Shown: piece after piece, positions 1 to 11,773 of the stretch
How positions within the stretch are numbered: the stretch's first letter is position 1
Layout of the letters: each line of letters begins with the position of its first letter
Source of the DNA: Neolecta irregularis DAH-3
Taxonomy: Eukaryota
DNA: 35,424 nucleotides
Reading direction: 5' to 3'
Assembly (NCBI GenBank): GCA_001929475.1
Contig: LXFE01000188.1
Location: 1 to 35,424 of the forward strand
Position numbers and translations under genes: made by a program
Notes under the pieces: generated by a model
What the model was told of the DNA's origin: nothing
The model's input: only the letters and a program-made list of their open reading frames with translations
The model's database searches: none

Positions 1-480
1 AAGTCCAAGCAAGCAAGTCCAAAGGCCTGAAATATGCAAGCAAGCAAGTCCAAAGTCCAGAATTGGGCTTGCTTACTTGTTAGCAAGTCTGGTTATAAAT
101 CCCTCAACAACACGATTTGGTTATTTAATGGGCCTCTCAGAAGAATAAGACCAGGTTTTATTATACTAGCCTAAGTGACTTGAGCTTGGCTAGGTATGAG
201 CGACTCTCTACCTGTTATAATACAAATTAAAACGTCGCAATATCATTGCAGGCCTTCCTTCCGTAATGGTAAGTGTAAATTATGCGCTTAGAAGTACGAT
301 AAGACCAAGTGGTACAACTAGCCTAAGTAAACGTACTTGGCTAGGTAAGTCTAACAGCCATCTTTATATACAAAATCTCTTCCAAGCCTCTTTACCTAGT
401 TGGTACAGTATTGCCGTATTGGTAAGAGTATACCCGAGGGGTATATCCTTAGAGTAAGCCATACCCGAGGGTATTTGCTT
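1..480. mobile_element. Degenerate repeat / probable DNA-transposon or MITE remnant (truncated by window edge)
   Basis: GCAAGCAAGTCCAAAG occurs twice in 1-60, with an inverted copy (GCTTGCTTACTTG, ~67-79). Two near-identical hairpins CTAGCCTAAGT...CTTGGCTAGGTA lie at ~167-197 and ~318-347. TACCCGAGG(G)GTAT occurs twice at ~431-474. No credible ORF. Confidence 0.45.
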
Positions 481-772
481 ATGTATCATCTTGATCCTCA
501 TCCTTGTAGTCTGACAGCTATGTAGTACCAATTACATGCTTATACATGGATGCCACAGAATAACAGGTTTGTTCAAACAAATGTGTGTTCCGGTAGCAAA
601 ATATGGCATTCATAGTCGCCATTTGTTCGGATAGATGGTGTTCGTAGCGGCTGTTTGTTCGGATAGATTGTTGACGAAATATGCCCAATAAGGGATTAAG
701 GATTGAGTATCACGTGTATTTGTCCCACCACCATCCTGAAACCAATCGCCGTTCTAATTTATCTCCCACAAA

Positions 773-2452
773 ATGCGACTGGCTATCTACGCTTCGGTAT
801 TTAAATTTCTCTGTGCTGAAACTGATATTAGACGTCTATGGCGCTGCTTGCGGCCAGTGTACTCTCGTCGCTAATTTCTCGGCCGAATTTCTACAGTGCG
901 GCAGTACAGCTTTCATCATCGTCATTGCACCTGCTGGTGCTGACCAACAGCGCACTGGCGATGCTTCTGCTGGCAGTTGTAACCGCCCAGCGGCTGCTTT
1001 TTGGAGGACTGCGGGCTATTGAAACGGAGCATTTGCATGAGCGTGCGTGGCTTTCGCTGACTGAAACCGGACTGGCGATGACTGTTTTTCGCGAAGATGT
1101 GCGTCCAACTGCTGTTGTAGCATTTGCCGGACTTCTTGCTGCGAAAGCATTTCACTGGCTTCTGCGTGATCGTGTAGATTCGGTGCTTTTACCTATTGTG
1201 ATAAAGCCACCTAACCGCCAGATCGACCAGCTGCCGCATGTCCCACCTCGATTTCATGTCCGGATCCTCACCACCAGCACAGTTCTCGCGCTGATCGACT
1301 GCTCCGCCATCAGCCATGCAATTGTTGGTATTGCGAAATACGGACCCAGTATAGCCATCATGTTTCTCTTTGAGGTATGGCTCCTGCCTCGCCGCGCCTA
1401 TTCTGACCACAAAAAACAGTTTACGCTCCTCCTCGTGTCGCTCTTTTCCACTTTTGCCCAGTATCTACTCACCCTTCTCTCACCCAGTCTTCCACGCCCA
1501 AAATCATTATACCAGATCCATCTGAGCCTGATCTCGTCTTTCTTCAACCTTGTATTATACATCGGCTTCTTTCTCACCTTGTTGCAATTCTACGGCCTTC
1601 CGATCCATATCCTTCGAGATGTGTACGTTGCTTCCAGACAATTCCTTTCCCAGCTATTGGGTTATGTTCGTTATCGAAAAGCGACCAAAGATATGGAAAC
1701 TCGCTATCCCGATGCAGTTTCTCTTCCCGAAGACGATACCTGTATCGTTTGTAGGGAAACTATGGGACTTCATGACGAAGGAGATTCGCGCCCGAAAAAG
1801 TTGAACTGCGGACACGTCCTTCATTTGGGCTGTCTTCGAGGCTGGTTGGAAAGAGTTCAAAGTTGTCCTATCTGGTTTGTTTTTGTCTTTCTTACAGCAT
1901 TGATTAGTTAGTCGACGGAGTTTAATCGAAGATCCAAGACCTGATCTCACCAATCCACAGCAACAACAGCCTGCAAATGTCCCTCAAAATCCATTTGCGC
2001 AATTTCGGATTCCGGAGAATTTTCGACAATTTTTACCACCGATACCACAAATGGTCCACCCAGGAAATCACCAAATTAATCAGGAACAACCACAGAATGT
2101 CGCAAGAGAAGAACTAACCCAGATCCCCGTTCAACCAGTCCCTTCAGTAGAAAACACCCACATCGTTCTTCCGGCGGTCATCCCACTTAATGCTCCCCCT
2201 CCAGGGGAAATGTCGCCGGAGCAGCTCGAAAGAATGGAACGCGATTCCCGATTCGCTATCTCCGAACGGATCAGAATAATGCATATCATACAGCGACGCG
2301 TTGAAGAAGGTCTTGAAATGCTCGTTCGCCTAGAAAGTTTGCGATTTCCTGCAGGACAAACACCCCCCGAGATTCGTGTGCAGATTTCTTCGGATCCTTC
2401 ACCCGCCGAGCATGTCCAGGAAGATGGTCAGCCAGCTATACCACCGGAGTAG
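773..2452 (+). CDS. HRD1: ERAD E3 ubiquitin ligase Hrd1 (synoviolin), RING-H2
   Basis: MRLAIYAS|TSMALL start; RPNFYSA, FGGLRAIETEHLHERAW, AFHWLLRDRVD and LPIHILRDVY motifs; RING-H2 CIVC...[23 protein letters not shown]. Introns 797-831, 1183-1221, 1375-1419, 1875-1911. Confidence 0.95.
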
Positions 2453-2770
2453 AAATGGGGAATATTTGCTCTCCAGAAGAACTACCGTCGATTCATTTTC
2501 CACTGGGTTGAGGCTTGATTTGGCGTTAATATATCCTACTTTGTGTTGTGTTCTACGAGAATTCTATGAGAAATCGGCGCATAAGTTGAAGTATACTAGT
2601 ATTCCTTCATTATAGTGAAGTAAGCGGTAAAATATAAATACGGATTCATTATTTATTATCTCGAGGCACAGTCTCTGTACTCCCTCCTAAATATGCCGTT
2701 GCAAATCTGCCTATTCTTCCTTGCTCCTCACGTCATATTCCCATGCAACCATTCATTCCGCAACCCTCAA

Positions 2771-2851
2771 GCGCTGTTGGGTTAGTGGTATACTGTGTGC
2801 TTGCCATCTTGTGGATTGCACGCGACTCGGGTTCGATTCCCGAACAACGCA
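2771..2851 (+). tRNA. tRNA-Gly(GCC) with 10-nt intron (2807-2816)
   Basis: Acceptor GCGCTGT/ACAACGC (one C.A mismatch); D-loop AGTGGTA; anticodon stem TGTGC/GCACG with TT-GCC-A loop; T-arm CGGG-TTCGATT-CCCG; TTTT at 2857-2860. Confidence 0.9.
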
Positions 2852-2926
2852 TCTCATTTTGTTCCATTTAATTACCTGCAATTTTGTTACGACACCAAAG
2901 TTCTTGGAGATCATTCACCACAGCAA

Positions 2927-4045
2927 ATGACTATAATTGCAACTTTGTACATCTCTCCGCTGCCGCCTCACCTTTCCCCCCAGTCCACTGCTCTTCATGC
3001 TTACGTCGCATTATCTACAGCTCCTGTCAAGGTCATCAGATCAAGTTTACCGCCATTTGGTATTTTCTTCAATCGTAGGATCTCTGCTCAAGTAAATAGA
3101 CGAGCCACCGATTTTTATTGATGGCACCCTATTTTTAAAGGGGTTCGAAAACATTCTATCCTATTTCAGGAAGACATATTTCGATCTCGATTCGAGACTC
3201 GACGCCAAACAGAGTGCCGAATCAATAGCGTATCATCCCTGTTCGACTGATATATTGACTTCGAAAGTTTTTCTTCCTTTGTGAAGTCCCTTGCGGAACC
3301 TTTAACAGTATGTGCGACACGGTACTGTTTGATTTCGCTGATCGTGTTTTTAGTTACATACCCATGTCATCAATTTTCAAAATTACCCTGTCACCCGGTC
3401 TCAAATTTCTGCTCAAATCCCATTTCCTGTAAAGTATTGGACAGCACATTCACTACTTCAATCTGCACAGACCAAATTGGTGAGATTCGGATTACACCAG
3501 TCCGAAAATGATAACAGGGGAATTTCCTTGATGAAGAGGGTTGTGGACAGCACGCAAGTGGACGTCACCATCCAGAAATTCGCAAAAGAACTTTATTCTT
3601 GTCTTGAATGGAAACTCGGAACACAAGACCTTCTTTTCGGAACGACCAGGTATTGTTTACTGTTTTTTTCGATGACTAATCATGTATGCCGACGACAATC
3701 GATGCTATCATATACGCATATCTCTCTCCTCATTTGATTTCGCTCCCAAACAATATTCTTTATATGTACCTGCACGATCACCATCCGATTTTGGAAGCTT
3801 ACCTCATACGCCTTTCTACTCGCATCGGTAAACTTGAGTCGACCTCAGAATCTTCTTCCTTTCCGCAGACTTTGAAATCTCTAATCCTTGGCGACGGTAT
3901 TCGTGTCAAAAAACCCGACTTTTCAAAATTGCTTGGCGGATGGGGTGTTTTGGCTGCTGGGGTTGCTGCATTCGCGGGAATTGTTTGGTCCACAGGAGGC
4001 TTGGAACAACCCAACTTTGATCGGAATAAAAAGATCAGAAAATGA
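2927..4045 (+). CDS. SAM37: Metaxin/Sam37 (Tom37)-like mitochondrial outer-membrane protein
   Basis: Spliced product has PIFIDG..KGFENILSYF, LDSRLDAKQSAESIA, IPFPVKYW, the GST-C-like motif LLFGTT-PTTIDAIIYAYL and a C-terminal TM helix (WGVLAAGVAAFAGIVW). Four introns; the fourth (3650-~3687) lacks an AG acceptor. Confidence 0.75.
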
Positions 4046-5137
4046 AGGATCTTTTTGGATACCCCATCATTACAATGGCAGGGTTAGGTCTTGTTGATTA
4101 GATTCTTGTTCTTTCTTACAACGCAACGGCTCGATTCTCGTACCGTTACATTTCCTCTCTATTTATACTTTTCGTACCGGTATAACAGTAGGATCTTTCG
4201 GTGGTCCCATTATGCCATTACAACCAATATAATATTAGTTACAATTCCCATCAGAGTTAAAACAAGTTCACGGCTGAATAAGATATGTAGGAAGTAGTTA
4301 GTTGCATCGAATGACTTCCGGTCATGGGGATACATCAATCCATGTGTAACACCCTACTATGAATTCAGAGCAAAATTCCCAACATAAGAATCGAAATAAT
4401 TATAGTTCAACCGGTGGGTTAGTACAGGCGACCTTCTTTGTTTGTCGGGTGAAACTGCGGGACTGGTCGTGCTTGTCGCGCAGAATCCGTTCCAAGGGTT
4501 ATTTATAGTCGAGACAATGATGGGAATAGAGTGAGTGTTGGTTGTTGTTAAATGGGTGGGTAATAGCGGGTAGGCTTCTTAAGGTTGTTCTTTTTGATCT
4601 TTGGTATTTTGTTATCAAGAAAGAGGGGTGGGGGACTATTCTATATATTTGCAGAACACAACATACATCCTTCCAGTACACGCTGTAGGTGAAAAAGGAA
4701 AAGCTAAGCTAAGCCCCGTTTACATACGGTGACTCATCAGCACGCCCACATACTCCCGGTACAAAGATACTCTCGAGAAGACAGAGAACCGACGTTGGAA
4801 GCAGAACCGTACAGGATAGTGAATTGTAAGTGAGATTGGTGATTATAAAAATCGTGAAGGGTGAGGGGAGGAGGGAGCTTGAATGAGGAGTCCCGATCGT
4901 GTCGTATTAGGCGAAAATCCTCAGTTTAGCATTTCTTTATGACACGCTGCCTTCTGGAACAGACGATTGTTGATTACCAAAATTAAGACGGACAATATGT
5001 AATCGTTAAATGAAGCTATCGTTGCTTTTATTTGCTCGTCTTAAAATTAGTATCGGAGATCAGGTAGATATAAAGGTGAGAAAAAGATTTGATGATCCTT
5101 TTGCAGGCAGTTCAACACAACTTGGCTATGCTTGGGT

Positions 5138-5262
5138 AGGTTCGAGACTTCGATCTATAAAAATTATCAGCCGGAGTGTCTCATTAATGACCATTTCTCA
5201 GCACACTCCGCCACAAACTAATTTCAGGTTCGAGACTTTGATCTATAAAAATCAACCGGGGT
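5138..5262. repeat. Local direct duplication of a ~37-40 bp unit
   Basis: AGGTTCGAGACTT(C/T)GATCTATAAAAAT..CA(G/A)CCGG(A/G)GT starts at 5138 and 5226. Confidence 0.8.
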
Positions 5263-5904
5263 CTTGTTGATGACTAACTATCTCAGGCGCCGCTTTACCA
5301 CCAACCACTTTAGCATCTCGCTAAAATAGATGTGTTTGCCAATAGTGACTAGGAAAGGCAAATCTATATACACTGATAGTCGAATCTTATGTAATTGTGC
5401 GGCCGGACGAACAACGAACGGTGATATCTGTGATGGGATTATACCAGTTAATAGAACTAAGAGAAGTATTTTCACAGTATTGATGTCGCACCACATAAGC
5501 TCCGTAGCTTAGGAAAACCTGCGAGAATCCCTGAATTTAGTGTCCACTCACATTTCGTGGTCTTCAGATATTTAAGAATTTCCAAACCAGAATCTCGAGC
5601 CCATAAAAGGGAATATGTCGTTTGAAAACTATTGTAGGTCGTAAGAGTAAATCGGGTCTAAGTGTAGCTATAGAGAATAACCGAGCGTAAAGGCGACTCG
5701 GAGATCCAGTTGCGGTAAATAAAATTAATCAAAGTGAGAACGAATTTCGGTAACTCATCCCAATCACTTATAAAACAATACTTTATGCAAATCATATTGG
5801 AACCTCAGTTATTATTCACTTTGACAAAAACCAAATCTTCCTCTACAACCGATAAACCATGCCAACCTCCCCGGAAACCCCCGATTATGTAAACGTAATA
5901 GCCT

Positions 5905-6405
5905 TTATCTTGCCAAGTTTTCACTTGATGAGATACTGGATCCCCAGGATATGCGTCTACGAAATGATAGAGCTTGTTTAAATCGTCTCCAAGGACTGGG
6001 TTTTCTTTTCTCCTCAAAATGAGCGTTATAGGAAGCCATCGTGACCGAAATCGATTCAATATGAGCATTCGAAGTTCCGAGACCATTGGTGTGATATGTA
6101 GATTCCGACGATCGATTCGTTGAGCACGACGGATAAACCGTATGTCGCGGTATTTGTGTATTCACCCAGGGTGACACCGAGACCTCTGTATCATTATTTG
6201 TACCAGCAACATCAGATAGAGCGAGGTTCGTGTCTTCTTCTTTTTCGCTTTCCATATCCATTTCCTCTTCCAAGACTAAGCCTCTAGGAATATTCAAGGC
6301 TGACTTATGCATGCGTATTTCGAAGGGAAATCGACCAAACTGTGGGGTGTCTCCACCTTTAGCGATGATTAATGGTCCATTCAATCCTCGAAAGTTGGAA
6401 GACAT
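5905..6405 (-). CDS. Hypothetical protein (166 aa, mostly disordered)
   Basis: ATG-started intronless ORF with a TATA-like TATAAA ~75 bp upstream; acidic middle and basic C-terminus (RRFKQALSFRRRIS). No family recognised. Confidence 0.5.
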   Translation of the reverse strand: MSSNFRGLNGPLIIAKGGDTPQFGRFPFEIRMHKSALNIPRGLVLEEEMDMESEKEEDTNLALSDVAGTNNDTEVSVSPWVNTQIPRHTVYPSCSTNRSSESTYHTNGLGTSNAHIESISVTMASYNAHFEEKRKPSPWRRFKQALSFRRRISWGSSISSSENLAR

Positions 6406-6883
6406 AGCGAAATGAACAGTGAACAGTTTAGAAATTGAAAGGTGTGAAGAATAGATAATTGAAGATGGGAGGAACGATATTTATATGAAGGAGGGACGCT
6501 GACCAGCCAAGCAGTGATTTGTACTAAGCACGGATAAGCCAACCATATGTCCAAGTTTGTAGTTTCTACTTCTACACGCCATCGTGTTTAGAAGGCTGTA
6601 ATACATCGTGTGATAGACTATCATTAGCTAAAGTAGACTGGCTAGACTTCAAGCGTGCAGCGAAGATATATCACGTTGCGATAAGACTGGCAAGTCCATG
6701 AACGTTTGGACTTTTTAGAATTTCCATTCCAGGTCGGTTCGTCTACGTGCTGAGTTCCTTATCGGCATGTGCTGGTGGAATTCCTACGCTGAAGGCGAGA
6801 GAAAATCGGTGCATTTTCGTGCCACAGAGGAAATCTCCTAAAGAATTGTGGTATTTGTTTTGACATGACAAAAAGACACACTC

Positions 6884-7470
6884 TCATATGGCCAAGAATT
6901 CTTTTCTAGAAAGAACTTTTCCCGTCATGTTTGCTGGTCTAATTTGGACTGCATTATTTGTCATGGGATGGTAACTGGTCGAATGGTGAGACTCCCTTGC
7001 GTAATTTAAAATTTCAAATCGGGCATCATTCGACTCATGACGTTGAACTAGCGAAATTGGCTCGGAGAAAATTCTGAAAAAAGTTGTAATGTCTGTCAGC
7101 TTGTCTATTCGTGTCAATTTGCAGGGTAAATATGCAATGCCACGGAAAGGTGCTCAGAAAACCATGCACGAGTCTTCGATTAATTCAATCGAAAACCCCT
7201 TTTAGCAACCGATATTCTTTTTTTGAGAATCAAACTAACGTCGTGAATCTTTGGCGTTGTGTCGTATGAAGGATCGGCATTACAAAGAATGACGCCCAGT
7301 AGATGTTGGAAACGGATTCCGGAATACTCACGAGAATCTATACATCTCGAGGTTCCGGCATTCAAACCTTACCCTTTTCTTCGATTCTTTGAATACTTTG
7401 GAGGTTATTGACCTTTGAGAAATATTTCGATACCCTGTCACACCTCGTTCGTTTTAGGTACCATAATTGC
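6884..7470 (-). other. Possible spliced hypothetical gene or relic
   Basis: Successive short open frames separated by intron-like segments (GTAAGG...TATAG, GTTAGT...). No recognisable product and no full model. Confidence 0.2.
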
Positions 7471-7671
7471 GTGTACAGAGATAACTCTTTCGATATAACA
7501 GAAGCACTGCCCCAGCTCCTTATAAAAACACAAGTGGAATGGCATTTAACGGGAAAGATACCATAATCGATATTATCGCACTATTTTTCCCGAGCACCGT
7601 TCTAACGGAATGGGGAAAGTCAATCTCCAGTGAGAGTCTCGAACTTGAGCTCTACCATATTTGGTTTCAAG

Positions 7672-8516
7672 ATGCCAGTAGCTATCGTTACCAGTGCCTC
7701 TCGAGGAATCGGTCGAGCAATCGCCTTACGTCTGGCTAAAGATGGAAACGACATGGCGATATTTGATTTTTCATCGAAACGGGAGGGCTTGGAAGCCTTG
7801 GGAGTCGAGATTCGGAAAATGGGTGCCAGAATACATTTCTTTGGAAGAAAACTTATTAAAGATCGAAGGTGCTTAATCATCACGGGAGATATCTCGTCCG
7901 AACAATCTCTGCAAAATCTCATTAAATCAACATATGCATTACTTGGAGACATCAACATATTTGTTGCAAATACTGCAATGCGTGCATACAACAATATCCT
8001 AGATACTCCGTTGGATGAGTTCGATTCAATTATTGCCGTAAATCTTAGAGGAGTTTTTATATGCTACCAAGTGGCTGCTCGGCATATGAAGCTCCAAAGA
8101 AACGGAGGTATTATTATAGGGGCCGGGAGTATTGATGGAATCAGGGCGAGGAGTGGTTACTCTGCTTTTTCAGCGAGTAAGTTTGGTGTAGTAGGATTGA
8201 CTCAAGCTGCTGCAATTGAATTTGCAGAGTTTGGAATTCGTGTTAATTGTTATTGTCCAGGGCTTGTCGAACCTTTGGTCGGTAAATTCATTTTAGTTTG
8301 TTGTTGATATCCTAGCATGTTAGTAGTAAAACTTCGACGCCTCACAAGAAAGAAGCCATGGATAAGACGAACAATACTCCCTTGTCCAATTTACTAGTCA
8401 AGAGGTTGTGTACACCGGAAGATGTCGCCGGGACAGTCAGTTGGCTGTGTGGAGAGGATGGAGCATATGTTACTGGTCAAGCAATTATAATAGACGGGGG
8501 TGCATTAAGGGTCTAA
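7672..8516 (+). CDS. Short-chain dehydrogenase/reductase (acetoin-reductase-like), catalytic motifs altered
   Basis: [33 protein letters not shown] and [23 protein letters not shown]. Probable in-frame intron 7823-7861 and a second intron ~8278-8316. Confidence 0.88.
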
Positions 8517-8651
8517 ATTATATCAGTTTATTACAATCAATGGGTTGATAAAGTAATCAAGTAATGATCCGTTTCACCGGCCGATCTTCCTTTCTCCAAT
8601 GCCTAACCCTCATTTTACCATATATATTTCTTTTAGATATATTTTAGACAT

Positions 8652-9865
<1,214 letters not shown>

Positions 9866-10384
9866 CGACAGGAAAGGAATGAGGATGGATGGATGGAAAG
9901 AAAAACTGATTTTCGTGTTTGCGAGCTCTCACCCGACTAGAAAGAGACGCTATTCTCGCATAATTTGGTGCAAGAAATAATGTTTTATGGTAACTCTAGG
10001 ACTGATTTTTTGCATTTGAGAACTCGATTAAGAAGATTGATAGTGAAAAGGATTCCGCGTAGACGTTACTAAACTCCAGGAAGTGCTCTTAATATATATC
10101 AAGGTGAGTTTGCTTGCTGCAATCAAAAGATTATTCCATGGCATAATCAGGAATCATTCGCTCAAAGAGAATGATGGACGATCATGATCAGCCTAATCCC
10201 ATGGAACATCTTTTTCTATAATCTGGATCTCCACAATTATTAAGCCCTGCTATCGATAAATCTCGGAAATGTTTTCTAATCCTAGCCCAACCTTCATTTA
10301 AACTAAGCTTCTGAATGAGGTGTAAAAATCCCATGATTCAATGGACTTCTTGGTGGGCCTCATATCCCACGTTCAAGACCAGGT

Positions 10385-10408
10385 TTAGGGTTAAGGTTAG
10401 GGTTAGGG
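10385..10408 (+). repeat. Interstitial telomere-like repeat (TTAGGG)x4, one variant
   Basis: TTAGGG TTAAGG TTAGGG TTAGGG. Confidence 0.85.
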
Positions 10409-10747
10409 TCAAAATGTTATCATCATCTAGAATTTACGTTTGCTGAAAGTTTAGGTTGATTTTCGGGGGGTTTGCTGGGACATGGAAATTTAGTGCCCTC
10501 TAAGGCTATTTAAACTCTATTGAAATGATTGCACTACGATATCATTCTACCAAACAGGAAAGTCTAGAAACATTTCCGTATAATCCTCTAGAAACCATGA
10601 TTGATTGTTCATTAGTGAGCCAGTACTCTATCTATCTTACAATAACTCTTCTTTAAGTGAATATTCCAAACATGACATGCACCCATTAATGACGGTCCAC
10701 AATACGCAATATAATGATACACAGCAATCCTGCGCGGACACGTTCTC

Positions 10748-11773
10748 TTATCGATATTGCTCCAGTCTCCTACTTAATCCCTTGGTGACTTCTTCCGCCA
10801 TATGTCGCACTCGTTCGCCGAACCGTCCCAGTTTATCTGGATGGTACTTTCGGATCGCATCGACGACTTCAGCTCTTCCGGGGGTTCGGTTGAAATTGGG
10901 TATAGGTTGAGGAGGAGGATACCTGACATAGATGAACTGGAGAAACTCATCTAAAGAGACGGTTTGTCTTCTGTCGATGTCTCTTGCAATTTCGAGATCC
11001 ACAGCAGCAGCCGATACTTTTGATTGTTGAGCAAGCTGTAGCTGTAACTGGCCAATTATACCTTCAAGCTGACATTTCGCAGCCGTCAGATCCGTAATAT
11101 CTCGAGTGGAGTCGGCGAGAAGAATATTCGCTTTGTTCTTGACGTTTTCAAATCTGTGATATAATCCCTTGAGCTCGTTCTTGAGACTCTCTGTCTGCTT
11201 TGACAGATATTCGTTTCTTTCGATGAGGGCTGCCTGTGAGTCTCGCAGACTTTGTATAATCTCTGCTTTCTCGTCCAAACGATGCATCAGCGCAGCGTTT
11301 TGCGACTGCAAGGAAGCAATCATAGCAGAATTGAGGTTTACCGGCTCCCCGTTTGGTGGAAACCCGTTTGACAGCGGATGTTCGCATACCTGCACTGGCT
11401 GTGCGGTGGTTGCCGGTGTAATTCCTGGGGTGTCCGGCGGTGATGCCACGCCATTGAATGGAGAACCAAACGCGTGAGGCGGATGAATCGCATGAGCCGC
11501 ACCCGACCTCTTATTTACGCCGCGAGCCGAAGGGTTTTCGGCCTGGATAGTTGCTCTGCGGTAGGGCGGTATTTGAGGAGAAGATGCCGGCGGAGCAGCG
11601 CCCGTCGGCAGTTTTCTAGCCTTTTCTGCGTGAGGATGGGTGGAGCGTTTTGATATCGGCATTGCGCACGTCCTTGGATGGGGTTTTGGATTCTTGGTTG
11701 ACGAGGTATAGGTATGGAACAGGCTTTCCCAGAAAGAAAATGTGTTTGGAATCGCAGGAGGAGAAACCGGCAT
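10748..11773 (-). CDS. Orphan protein: Pro-rich N-terminus, coiled coil, C-terminal J-domain-like module (YHPDK)
   Basis: Open frame >1 kb; first ATG at 11773 (an upstream exon is possible); heptad region SLQSQNAAL...LQLQLAQQ; ends DAIRKYHPDKL...AEEVTKGLSRRLE. Confidence 0.8.
   Translation of the reverse strand: MPVSPPAIPNTFSFWESLFHTYTSSTKNPKPHPRTCAMPISKRSTHPHAEKARKLPTGAAPPASSPQIPPYRRATIQAENPSARGVNKRSGAAHAIHPPHAFGSPFNGVASPPDTPGITPATTAQPVQVCEHPLSNGFPPNGEPVNLNSAMIASLQSQNAALMHRLDEKAEIIQSLRDSQAALIERNEYLSKQTESLKNELKGLYHRFENVKNKANILLADSTRDITDLTAAKCQLEGIIGQLQLQLAQQSKVSAAAVDLEIARDIDRRQTVSLDEFLQFIYVRYPPPQPIPNFNRTPGRAEVVDAIRKYHPDKLGRFGERVRHMAEEVTKGLSRRLEQYR

Noticed and set aside
1-92. CRISPR-like repeat array
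   Set aside because: Eukaryotic context, irregular units, no spacers or cas genes.
4340-5800. Telomerase RNA, RNase MRP (AAACGGGGCTTA) or hammerhead (CTGATGA) identity for the non-coding interval
   Set aside because: No CTAACCCTAA-type template or Sm site upstream of the donors, no upstream GAAAGTCCCC partner for MRP P4, and no GAAA after the putative hammerhead stem II.
5805-6086. Rhodanese-like VYIIGGFRGGW in an overlapping frame
   Set aside because: No splice route into this frame and no other rhodanese features; the 166-aa frame explains the locus.
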